A stretch of 64,000 nt of DNA from Octopus sinensis (Eukaryota). Shown piece after piece: positions 1-11,663 of this stretch. The notes below the pieces were generated by a model. It was not told the origin of the DNA and made no database searches. It saw nothing but the letters and a program-made list of their open reading frames with translations. How positions within the stretch are numbered: position 1 is the stretch's first letter; every line of letters begins with the position of its first letter. The translations under genes were made by a program, and so were the position numbers. The stretch lies in NCBI RefSeq assembly GCF_006345805.1, contig NC_042998.1, forward strand, positions 182,590,001 to 182,654,000, given 5' to 3'.

Positions 1-659
1 CTTCAGTGCCCTGCTCATAGTATCGCTACTTTCCCCATCTTTCTCTTTATTTCCAGGTTCCCACCAGCCACTGCATTCCCCACCCTATTCCCTACTCACA
101 CCTTCTTGGCAATACCTGGCCACATATGTTATGTCCCTGTACCTTGAATGCATGTCCTGGCACTTGCTCCCATTTATCTCTCTTCCTTACTTTGTCATCC
201 CATCTATGCACTGAATTCCATTGCTTGTGTACATATCCTGGCACTTCACCACTACCTCTCTGCTGCTCTCTGTTGCACTTTTGCTGTCACCCACTCCCTA
301 TTTCTCTTTCCCTTGCTCTTCCCTCTGGTTGGATAACTATATATCTCCTCTACAGCAGCACACCTGTTCCATCCCTCATTCTTGATTGCTTTCTCTGTCT
401 TCTCCTGCACTCCCCTCTGGCAAAGTAACTAAGTCTTTCCTTTACAGCAACACACGTTTCTGTTCTCATTCTTGTACCCCCACTTTCCTTTTCCTTCTCT
501 TCCCCCTCTCTCTTTCTCTCTCTCTCTCTTGGCCTAGTAACCATGTATTCACTCTATAGCAGACACCTGTTTCTGCCTTTCTATCTCTCTGTTACATTCT
601 AATCTTTCATCAGCTGATGCAAGATCACCTCCTCTAACGTTTCCACTCATCTCAAAATT

Positions 660-990
660 CCTTGACTTGCAAGTTACTTAGTGACCCTGCTGGTGCTGGT
701 GCTGGTGCCACATAAAGAGCAGCCAGTCTACACTGTGAAGTGGTTCGCATTTGAAAGAGCATCCAGCTGTAAAACCAATGTCAAAACTGACTTCACATGT
801 GCTGGTGCCACATAAAAAGTACTCAGTCTTCTCTACAGGGTGGCTGCTGCTAGGAAGGGCAACCAGCAGTAAAAACCACGCCAAAACAAACACAGTAGCT
901 TGGTGTTGTCTTCTACCTGGCCGGCTCCTGTCAAACCGTCCAACCAATGCTAGCATGGTAGATGGAGGTTAAATGATGGTGACAATGATG
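660..990 (+). mobile_element. Degenerate SINE (family C, GAT tail)
   Basis: gtgctggtgccacataaaa repeats and aaccgtccaacc..tgctagcatgg 3' end shared with 1926-2293. Confidence 0.6.
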
Positions 991-1102
991 ACGTGCGTGC
1001 ATGCACGTGCGCGCACACACTCACACACAAAACAATGGTACAGATTGTTAAATAGTTGCTTTAAATCCAGGACAAGCAAATTAATATAGCTTTAATAATT
1101 AC

Positions 1103-1144
1103 CCTGCCAGCACGTGCTCCCCTAGGACTTGCAGCAGATTTACT
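1103..1144 (-). CDS. Array microexon 12 (42 nt, SKSAASPRGARAGR) of minus-strand coiled-coil gene; gene likely continues beyond window start
   Basis: Minus strand ...tttacAG|exon|GTaatt; phase 0/0, no stop; homologous to the other array units. Confidence 0.7.
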
Positions 1145-1806
1145 CTGTAAAGCAAAAGGAAAGCATATATATTTATGTTACTATTAAAAAGGTAAATATA
1201 TTTCTTGATTCTAAACAGCACAATTGTTCAGTGAAGACTCTATACAAAGTCAGACAGTTGCCTACTAGTCTTAGGCATCCTGTAAATCCATGTATGTATC
1301 AATGGCATAATTGGTACATATTGCAAAGTGCATCATTTTGTATAAAAAAGAGAATGGAAAGCTCAGCATATCACCACATGCATTTCAATAGCATGGTTAT
1401 TTATGACGAATGCAAAGTACATTAAATAACATTACATAATTCTGCATCGTCACATAACAATCCTGTTTCATCAGGTAACCTTCAGCAACCATTCTGTGAA
1501 ATACAATCAGTCTTTGGAGAAAAAGATCTTTATACTCATAGATTCGACTTTGTCTTACCCAGTATAGCCTAAGGAAATTTTGTGGTTATGCAACAATGCA
1601 AAATTATGCACATTGCACTGGTAGTAGATAATTGCACTATTAAGATGTCTGAGCTCTCCATTAAATATTCTTTACAACACACACACACACACATACACAC
1701 ACACAACACAAAACAGACACACACACACACACACATAATGATATTAATAGTTGAATAATTGCATTTCAATTCAGGACAAACAAATTTATATCTCTTAAAT
1801 AATTAC

Positions 1807-1842
1807 TTTGTCAGCATCCACGAGGTCATAATGGCTGATTTT
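1807..1842 (-). CDS. Array microexon 11, aberrant (36 nt KISHYDLVDADK if the shifted AG is used; otherwise a pseudo-exon)
   Basis: Donor GTaatt intact; the usual CAG acceptor reads CCG; next AG 2 nt inside gives a 36-nt in-frame exon. Confidence 0.4.
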
Positions 1843-1925
1843 CTCGGTAAACTAAATGAAAGCATATATATATATACACACACATATATATACATACATA
1901 CATACATACATATATATATGTAACA

Positions 1926-2293
1926 AACACCATCCGAGTGTGGCCGTTCGCCAGCCTCGTCTGGCACCTGTGTCGGTGGCACATAAGAAAACACCATCCG
2001 AGCGTGGCCGTCTGCCAGCCTCGTCTGGCACCTGTGTCGGTGGCACATAAAAAACACCATCCGAGTGTGGCCGTCTGCCAGCCTCGTCTGGCACCTGTGT
2101 CGGTGGCACATAAAATCACCCACTACACTCTCGGAGTGGTTGGCGTTAGGAAGGGCATCCAGCTGTAGAAACACTGCCAGATCTGACTGGCCTGGTGCAG
2201 CCCTCGGGCTTGCCAGACCCCAGTTGAACCGTCCAACCCATGCTAGCATGGAAAGCGGACGTTAAACGATGATGATGATGATGATGATGATGA
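1926..2293 (+). mobile_element. SINE family C with internal ~63-bp tandem repeats and (GAT)n tail
   Basis: Three copies of caccatccgagtgtggccgt...ggtggcacataa; same 3' end at 15725, 17066 and 23648. Confidence 0.8.
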
Positions 2294-2295
2294 TA

Positions 2296-2344
<49 letters not shown>

Positions 2345-2870
2345 TCTAATGGTATAGTAAATATATTTCTTGATTTTAAAAAGTACATTTAAATTAGTGA
2401 GTGTAGTGCTCCATGCAAAGCCAGAGAGTTGTCTGCTGGTCTTAGGCATTCTGGAAACCCACGTATGCTACAATACCATAATTGATACATATTGCGAAGT
2501 GCATCATTTTGCTTAAAAATATATATTCTCACATGCATTTCAATAGCATGGTTATTTATTACGAATGCAAAATATATTATTCAACATCATATAATTCTGC
2601 ATTGTCTTAGAACCCTACTGTTTCATCAGATGATATTCAACAACCATTACATGAAACACAATCTATAGGAATAAAGATCTTTATGCTCATAGATTTGACT
2701 GCGTTTTACACAGTATCACCTGAGTAAATGTTCTGGCTTTGCAACAATGTTCAATTACGTAATGTTATGTAATGTACTTTGCACTGATAATTAAGAATTA
2801 TAATGTTAACATGTGTGAACTATCCATTCAGTTTTCTTTACCACACACACACACATACACACACCCACAT

Positions 2871-2926
<56 letters not shown>

Positions 2927-3003
2927 ATACACTTACACAATGGTATAGGAGGTTGGATAGTGCTTTTCAGTTCAAGACAAATTAAAACATCTTTAATAAT
3001 TAC

Positions 3004-3051
3004 CCTTTCAGAATCCTTGCTGTCATCTTTTGAACTTGTGGCAGATTTTTT
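3004..3051 (-). CDS. Array microexon 10 (KKSATSSKDDSKDSER)
   Basis: ttttacAG / GTaatt, 48 nt, phase 0/0, open. Confidence 0.8.
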
Positions 3052-3749
3052 CTGTAAAATAAAATGAAAGCATATATATTTACGATTCCATTAATATAGC
3101 AAAATATATTTCTTGATTTTAAATAATATGTTTAAATTGTTCCATATAGTGGTTTATACACTGTCAGACAGTTGTCTACTGGTCTCAGACATTTCGTAAT
3201 TCCTTGTATGTATCAATGACATAATTGGTACATATTGCACTGTGCATCGTTTTGTATAAAAAAACAGAATGGAAAGCTCAACATATCACCATTTGCATTT
3301 CAATAGAATGTTATTTATTACAAATGCAAAGTATATTATATAACATTATATAATTTTGCATTGTCACAGAGCCATACCATTTCATCAGATGATATTTAAC
3401 AACCATTCCATGAAAGATAATCAATCTATGGGTATAAAGATCTTTATCCTCATAGATTTGACTGTATTTTACACAGTATCACCTGAGGAGATGTTTTGGC
3501 TATGCAACAATGTGCAATTATATAATGTTATGTAATGTACTTTGCACTGGCAATAAAGATTCACAATGTTAAGATGTGTGTAATGATGTTTTGAACCATT
3601 CATTCAGTCTTCTTTACCATACACATGCACACATGTGCATGCACACATACACAAATATGCACAAACACGCACATACACTTACACAATGGTATAGGAGATT
3701 GAATAGTGCTTTTCAGTTCAAGACAAATTAAAACATCTTTAATAATTAC

Positions 3750-3797
3750 CTTTTGAGCATCCTTGAAGACATCTTTAGCTTTCCTGCCAGGTTTTTT
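3750..3797 (-). CDS. Array microexon 9 (KKPGRKAKDVFKDAQK)
   Basis: ttttacAG / GTaatt, 48 nt, open; visible inside ORF 3600..3821. Confidence 0.8.
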
Positions 3798-3892
3798 CTG
3801 TAAAATAAAATGAAAGCGCATATATTTACGATTCCATTAATATAGCAAATATATTTCTTGATTTTAAATAGTGCAACGTTTAAATTGTACTA

Positions 3893-4287
3893 TACTCTTT
3901 TACTCTTTTACTTGTTTCAGTCATTTGACTGCGGCCATGCTGGAGCACCGCCTTTAGTCGAGCAGATCGACCCCGGGACTTATTCATTGTAAGCCCAGTA
4001 CTTATTCTATCAGTCTGTTTTGCTGAACCGCTAAGTGACGGGGACGTAAACACACCAGCAATGCTAGAGGGACAAACACAGACACACAAACATACACACA
4101 CACATACATATATATACATATATACGACAGGCTTCTTTCAGTTTCCGTCTACCAAATCCACTCACAAGGCTTTGGTCGGCCCGAAGCTATAGCAGAAGAC
4201 ACTTGCTCAAGATGCCACGCAGTGGGACTGAACCCAGAACCATGTGGTTGGTTAGCAAGCTACTTACCACACAGCCACTCCTGCGCC
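3893..4287 (-). mobile_element. tRNA-derived SINE family A
   Basis: A/B-box-like head (ggctgtgtggtaag, ggttcagtccc), internal (TA)n, AAGAGT tail; many near-identical copies in window. Confidence 0.88.
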
Positions 4288-4629
4288 TATGTAGTGGTTT
4301 ATACAGTTAGACAGTTAATCAGGTGATATTCAGCAATCACTCATTGAAATACAGTCAATCTTGGAGAATAAAAATCTTTTTACTCAGCTTCACCCAAGGA
4401 AGCTTTGTGCTTATGCAACAATGTGGAATTATGCAATATTATGTAATCTACTTTATATTGACAATAAATAATCACACTGTTGAGACGCGTGTAATAATGT
4501 TTTGAGCTATCCCTTAATTTTTTTACTACACACACACACACATACACACACACAAGCTCAGTGGCATAAATGGTTGAATAGTTGCTTTTCAATCCAGGAT
4601 GAGCAAATTAATATATCTTTAATAATTAC

Positions 4630-4659
4630 CTTACTCAGTTGTGCTCCGGCAGATTTTTT
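4630..4659 (-). CDS. Array microexon 8 (30 nt, KKSAGAQLSK)
   Basis: ttttacAG / GTaatt; length is a multiple of 3. Confidence 0.72.
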
Positions 4660-5337
4660 CTGTAAAACAAAGGAAAGTATATATATCCATATTTATATAC
4701 TAACATGATTCCACTAATGTAGCAAATATATATCTTGATTTTAGATATTACATTTAAGCTGGTCAGTGAAGAGTCCCCACAGAGTCAGACAGTTGTCTAC
4801 TGGTCTTAGGCATTCTGTAAATCCATATATGTATCAAAGGCATAATTAGTACATATTTCAAAGTGGATCATTGTGTACAGTGTAAAAGATTGGGGAGCTG
4901 AACATATCAAATGTACCTCAATAGCATGGTTATTTCTGATGAATGCAAAGGACATAATATAACATTACATAATTCTGCATTGTCACAGAGCCATACCATT
5001 TCATCAGGTAATATTCAGCAATCACTCATTGAAATGCAAACATTTTTTTGAGAATAAAAATCTTTATCCAGTTTACACAGTATCACCCGAGGAAACAGTG
5101 GTTTTGCGACAATGTGAAATTACATAGTGTTGAGTAATGCACTTTGCATTTATAATACATAATCACACAGTTGAGATGTCTGTAATGATGTTTTGAGCTA
5201 TTCATTCATTTTTATCACACACACACACACACACATGCAAAAAAATCAAACAGCGTTTCAACTCTGCGTGAGTATATGTGTATGTATGTAAAAGGGAGTC
5301 ATGTGAATGTTTGTTTGTTTGTGTGTGTGTGTGTGTG

Positions 5338-5369
<32 letters not shown>

Positions 5370-5618
5370 CGTGCGTGTGCGTGCATGTGTGCATGTGTGT
5401 GTGTGTGCAATGGAAGCGGGATGGTGAATATTCAATGCTGAAAACAAAAGCCAAATAGCATTTCAACTCTGTGTGTGCATATGTGTGTATGTGCGTGCAT
5501 GTACATGGGAAGTATGTAAGTGTTTCTGTCTGTAATTATTTTGTACATTATTTATATATAAAATACTACAATTAGCCATCATTTTTGACAGTACGGGGCC
5601 AGCTAATCTTATAATTAC

Positions 5619-5666
5619 CTTGTCAGCATCCTTTTGGTCATCTTTAGAACTTAAAGCAGATTTTTT
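5619..5666 (-). CDS. Array microexon 7 (KKSALSSKDDQKDADK)
   Basis: tatatAG / GTaatt, 48 nt, open. Confidence 0.78.
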
Positions 5667-5887
5667 CTATATAATAAAATGAAAGCATATATATTTATAA
5701 TTCCATTAATGTAGTAAATATATTTTTTGATTTTAAATAGTACAACATTTAAACTGATGAGTGTGGAGTCCATACACAGTTAAACAATTGTCTACTGGTC
5801 TTAGGCATTCTGTAAATTCATGCATGTATCAATGGCATAACTGGTACATCTGGCAAAGTGCATCATTTTGTATACAGAAAAAGAATG

Positions 5888-6285
5888 GGATCTTTTCGGT
5901 TTGAACGGTAGTTTTTTCTAGCAGTGTCATATGAAATTGTCACCCATAATTATGACCCTAGTATCGATCTATTGCATTTCAATCTGTCTTAGGGTTAGGG
6001 TATCTTTTTTTCTTCACAAATGTAAATAAACCCAATCTGTTTCTTAAATGAGGGACATATTCATACGGCACAGAATGTTTTCACCTCAATAGACGTCATT
6101 GATTGGTTGAAATTACAGAAATTGAAGAAAAAGCAACAACAAATATCTTACAAACTATAGAATTTTCTCAATAAAGCCAAGAAAAAAGATGTTTTATAAA
6201 CACATTCTACCAGTATACGAAGTTTAAAAGTGCTTAGTTACGTGGAAATTATTTTAAAAAACTGCCGTTCAAACCGAAAAGATCC
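5888..6285. mobile_element. MITE with ~30-bp TIR and 8-bp TSD (Merlin-like GG termini)
   Basis: ggatcttttcggtttgaacgg ... ccgttcaaaccgaaaagatcc, flanked by aaagaatg on both sides. Confidence 0.85.
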
Positions 6286-6641
6286 AAAGAATGGAAAGCT
6301 CAACATATCACCACATGCATTGCAATAGCAGGATTATTTATAATGAATGCAAAGTACACTACATAACTCTGCACTGTCACATAACCATACTATTTCATCA
6401 ATTGATATTCAGCCATCATGCTTTGAAATCCGATCAATCGTTGGGGATGAAGACCTTTATCCTCATAGATATGCCTGAAGTTTACTCAGTATTACCTGAG
6501 AAAATGTCGTGGTTATGCCAGACTATGAAATCTGATAATGTTATATAGTGTACTTTGCACTGATAATAAAGAATCACACTATCAAGATGTGTGCAATGAT
6601 GTTTTGAACGATCCATTTAATTTTCTTTGATACACACACTA

Positions 6642-6684
<43 letters not shown>

Positions 6685-6751
6685 GGTATAAATGGTTGAA
6701 CAGTTGCTTTTCAATCCTGGACAAGTAACTTAATATATCTGTAATAATTAC

Positions 6752-6799
6752 CTTTTCAATGTCCACGGCATCATCTTTGACGCTAAAGGCAAATTTTCT
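6752..6799 (-). CDS. Array microexon 6 (RKFAFSVKDDAVDIEK)
   Basis: ttttacAG / GTaatt, 48 nt, open. Confidence 0.8.
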
Positions 6800-7752
6800 C
6801 TGTAAAACGAAAGGAAAATGTATATGTTCATGATTCCATTTATGATTTTAAATTGTACAACATTTAAATTGCTTAATGCATTGATCCATACGGAGTCAGA
6901 GACCTGTCAACTTGTTTTAAGCATCCTGTAAATCCATGTATGTATCAATGGCGTAATTGGTACATATTGCAAAGCTCAACATATCATGACATGCATTTCA
7001 ATAGCATGGTTATTTATTAAAAATACAAAGAATGTTATATAACATTACATAATTCTGCATTGTCACATAATAATCCCATTTTATCAGGTGATATTCAGTA
7101 GCCATTTCATGAAATACAATCAATCTATGGTGATAAAGATATTTATCCTTATAGATTTGCCTGCATTTTACCTAATATTACTGGATGATATGTTGTGGTT
7201 ATGCCAGAATACGAAATTACGGAATGTTATGCAGTATATTTTATATTGATAATACATAATCACACGTTTGAGTATGTGTTTCATGATGTTTTGAGCTATC
7301 CATTAATTTTTCGTTGTCTACATTATGTAACATTATATAATACTGTTTTGTGACATAACCATACCATTTCATTAGGTGATACTCAGCAATTACGCATTGA
7401 AACACAATCAAACTTTAGAGTAGAGATCTTTATTTTCATAGATTTGCTTACATTTTACCCTGTATCAGCGGAAGATATGTTGTGATTATGCCGGGATTAG
7501 CATGGAAAACGGACGCTAAATGATGATGATGATGATGATGATGATGTGAATTTACATAATGTATACTTCACATTGATAGGAAAAATAATTACATTGTTGA
7601 GGTGTGTATAATGATGTTTTGACCAATACATTCAGGTTTCTTCACCTCACACACATGCACACACACATACACACACACAGACAATGACATAGATGGTTGA
7701 ATAGTTGCTTTTCAGTCCAGGACAAGCAATTTAATATATCTGTAATAATTAC

Positions 7753-7800
7753 CTTATCAGGATCCAGACTATCATCTCTGGATTCTAAGGCAAATTGTTT
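7753..7800 (-). CDS. Array microexon 5 (KQFALESRDDSLDPDK)
   Basis: ttttacAG / GTaatt, 48 nt; inside ORF 7642..7920. Confidence 0.8.
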
Positions 7801-8519
7801 CTGTAAAACAAAAGGAAAACATATATTCAAGATTCCATTACTGTAGTAAATATATTTCTTGATTTTAAATAGAACAACATTTAAACTGGTGAGTCTAGTG
7901 GTCTGCACACACAGTCGCACAGTTGTCTACTAGTCTTTTGTACTCTGTAAATCCAAGTATGTACCAATAACATAATTGATACATTTTGCAAAACGAATCA
8001 CTTTGGGTAAAAAAGTGAATGGAAAGCTCAACATATCATGACATGCATTTCAATAGCATGGTTATTTATTATGAATGCAAAGTATTTTCTATAACATTAC
8101 ATAATTCTGCATTGTCACATAACAATCCCATTTCATCAGGTGATATTCAGTAGCCATTCAGTGAAATGCAATCAGTCTTTGGAGATAAATATGTTTATCC
8201 TCACAGATTTGCCTGCATTTTACCCAATATTACTAGATGAAATGTCGTGGTTATGTCAGAATATGAAATTACGGAATGTTATTTAGTGTACTTTTACATT
8301 GATAATACATAATCACACAGCTGAGATGTGTATCATGATGTTTTGAACTATCCATTCATTTTTTGTTACCACACATTCACTCACACACACACGTACACAC
8401 ACATACAGAGCAAACACACATGCACACACACTCAAACTCACACATACACAATGGTATAGAGGGATGAATAGTTGCTCTTTACTGCAGGTTAAGCAAATTA
8501 ATATATCTTTAACTATAAC

Positions 8520-8854
8520 CCTGTCAGTATCCATGTGATGATCTTCTATTATGATAAAGGCAAAATTCTGTTTTTTGGGAGCCCTGTGTCTCAGTCCACA
8601 TTTGCTCTACTCTCTTTTACTCTTTTACTTGTTTCAGTCCTTTGACTGTGGCCATGCTGGAGCACCGCCTTTAGTCGAGCAAATCGACCCCAGGACTTAT
8701 TCTTTGTAAGCCCAGTACTTATTCTATTGTTCTCTTTTGCCGAACCGCTAAGTGACGGGGATGTAAACACACCAGCATCGGTTGTCAAGCAATGCTAGGG
8801 GGACAAACACAAACAAACACATACACACACACACACACCACACACACACACACA

Positions 8855-8921
<67 letters not shown>

Positions 8922-9550
8922 TACGACAGGCTTCTTTCAGTTTCCATCAACCAAATCCACTCACAAGGCATTGGTCGGCCCGGGGCTATAGCAGAAGACA
9001 CTTGCCTAAGATGCCACGCAGTGGGACTGAACCCGGAACCATGTGGTTGGTTAGCAAGCTACTTACCACACAGACACTCCTGCGCCTCTATAGAGACATA
9101 TACATTTTGGAATCAGGATGAAACAGGGATTGAAACTCTACCCTACATTCTTGAACATCCAGCAATTAAATCTGATTTAAAAGCATTTTATTTGCTTGTT
9201 GTAGCAGATATAGCATGGATGATGCACACCACTTTGACTGGCATTTGTGAGATGACGTCAGAGATGAAGTGGGCGATAAATTTTATGTCAAGAACTTTGG
9301 GACAAACTGGCCGATATTTGAAATTTAACTTGGGACGCAAATGATTGCATTACAGAATTAATTCTCATCAATCTTTAACCTCTGATCAAACACCACCGGG
9401 GCATATAGTTATTATAGACATATTATAGTCATGCTATTTAGCTCCCCTTAATTTTAGGTCACAAGCCCTATGAGCCCTCCATAGGACGGAATGCAAATAT
9501 CCACATGGTGTGTAGCTTTCAAGAGAGTTAGAAATAAAGGCAGATTTTCT
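8520..9550 (-). pseudogene. Array microexon 4, split by a ~980-bp insertion (reconstructed RKSAFISKDHHMDTDR)
   Basis: Joining 9528-9550 to 8520-8544 restores a 48-nt exon matching the array consensus; acceptor beside 9550, donor GTtata beside 8520. Confidence 0.65.
8608..9086 (-). mobile_element. SINE family A nested in the insertion that splits exon 4
   Basis: Near-identical to 3893-4287. Confidence 0.88.
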
Positions 9551-10186
9551 CTGTAAAACAAAAGGAAAACATATATTCATAATTCTATTAACATAGTAAA
9601 CAAATTTCTTGATTATAAATAGTACAACATTTAAACTGGTCAGTGAAGAGACCACACAGAGTCAGAGTGTTGATTACTGGTTTTAAGTATCTTGTATATA
9701 TCAATGGCATAACTGGTACATATTGCATGATTTTGTGTAGAAAAAGAGAATGGAAAGCTCAACATATCACCATATGCATTTCAATAGCATGATTATGAAT
9801 GCAAAGAACATTATATAACATTATATAAATCTGCATTGTTACATAACCATACCATTTCATCAGGTGATACTCAGCAATCACGCATTGAATACAATCAATC
9901 TTTGGGGATAAAGACCTTTATCTGCATAGAAATGTCGTGATTATGCCAGAATGGGAATTTACATAATGTTACATAATGTACTTTACATTGATAGGAATAA
10001 TCATACTGTTGAGATGTGTATAATGATGTTTTGACCTATACATTCAGGTACCTCTCTCTCTTTCTCTCTCTCTCTCACATACACACACATACATACACAT
10101 TCACACACACACAGACAATGGCATAGATGGTTGAATAGTTGCTTTTCAATCTAGGACAAGCAATTTAATATATCTGTAATAATTAC

Positions 10187-10234
10187 CCTTTCAGATTCAA
10201 GAAATTCATCTCTGGATTCTAAGGTAGATCTTCT
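10187..10234 (-). CDS. Array microexon 3 (RRSTLESRDEFLESER)
   Basis: ttttacAG / GTaatt, 48 nt; identical to the exon at 10872-10919. Confidence 0.78.
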
Positions 10235-10871
10235 CTGTAAAACAAAAGGAAAACATATATTCATAATTCTATTAACATAGTAAACAAATTTCTTGATTAT
10301 AATAGTACAACATTTAAACTGGTCAGTGAAGAGACCACACAGAGTCAGAGTGTTGATTACTGGTTTTAAGTATCTTGTATATATCAATGGCATAACTGGT
10401 ACATATTGCATGATTTTGTGTAGAAAAAGAGAATGGAAAGCTCAACATATCACCACATGCATTTCAATAGCATGATTATGAATGCAAAGAACATTATATA
10501 ACATTATATAAATCTGCATTGTTACATAACCATACCATTTCATCAGGTGATACTCAGCAATCACGCATTGAAATACAATCAATCTTTGGGGATAAAGACC
10601 TTTATCTGCATAGAAATGTCGTGATTATGCCAGAATGGGAATTTACATAATGTTACATAATGTACTTTACATTGATAGGAAATAATCATACTGTTGAGAT
10701 GTGTATAATGATGTTTTGACCTATACATTCAGGTACCTCTCTCTCTTTCTCTCTCTCTCTCACATACACACACATACATACACATTCACACACACACAGA
10801 CAATGGCATAGATGGTTGAATAGTTGCTTTTCAATCTAGGACAAGCAATTTAATATATCTGTAATAATTAC

Positions 10872-10919
10872 CCTTTCAGATTCAAGAAATTCATCTCTGG
10901 ATTCTAAGGTAGATCTTCT
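10872..10919 (-). CDS. Array microexon 2 (RRSTLESRDEFLESER)
   Basis: ttttacAG / GTaatt, 48 nt, open. Confidence 0.8.
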
Positions 10920-11615
10920 CTGTAAAACAAAAGGTAAACTTATATTCAGGATTCCATTAATGTATATTCATTGATTTTAAATAGAACAACATTTAAACTG
11001 GTGAGTCTAGTGGTCCACAACACACATTCAGACAGTCATCTACCAGTCATTCATACTCAGTAAATCTATGTATGTACCAATAATATAAGTGGTACATATT
11101 GTAAAACGAATCACTTTGTGTAAAAAAGTGAATGGAAAGCTCAACATATCATGACATGCACTTCAATAGCATGGTTATTTATTATGAATGAAAAGTATGT
11201 TCTATAACATTACATAATTCTGCATTGTCACATAACAATCCCATTTCATCAGGTGATATTCTGTAGCCATTCAGTGAAATGCAATCAGTCTTTGGGGATA
11301 AAGATGTTTATCCTCACAAATTTTCCAGCATTTTACCCAGTATTACTGGCTGAAATTCGTTGATTATATCAAAATATGAAATTACGGAATGTTATGTACT
11401 TTACATTGGTAATAAATAATCACATGGTTGAAATGCATATAATGATGTTTTGAGCTAACCATTTTATTTTGTTTACTACATACATATATACATACATATG
11501 TATGTACATACATACGTACATACATGCATGCATATATATATATAATATGTTATAGATATTTGAATAGTTACTTCTCAATCAAGGACAGGCAAATTGATAT
11601 ATCTTTAATTATTAC

Positions 11616-11663
11616 CCTGATAGAAGTTCTACTGGAATCTCTAGTAAGCATGGCAGCTTTTTT
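11616..11663 (-). CDS. Array microexon 1 (KKAAMLTRDSSRTSIR)
   Basis: ttttgcAG / GTaata, 48 nt, open; most diverged flanks. Confidence 0.78.

Noticed and set aside
1926-2110. Regular ~63-bp repeats (also 17066-17340) resembling a CRISPR array
   Set aside because: No unique spacers, eukaryotic context; these are internal repeats of a SINE family.
1103-11663. Array read as a neuropeptide precursor with dibasic cleavage sites
   Set aside because: No signal peptide in the reconstructed N-terminus, no shared amidation motif, and an upstream coiled-coil architecture.
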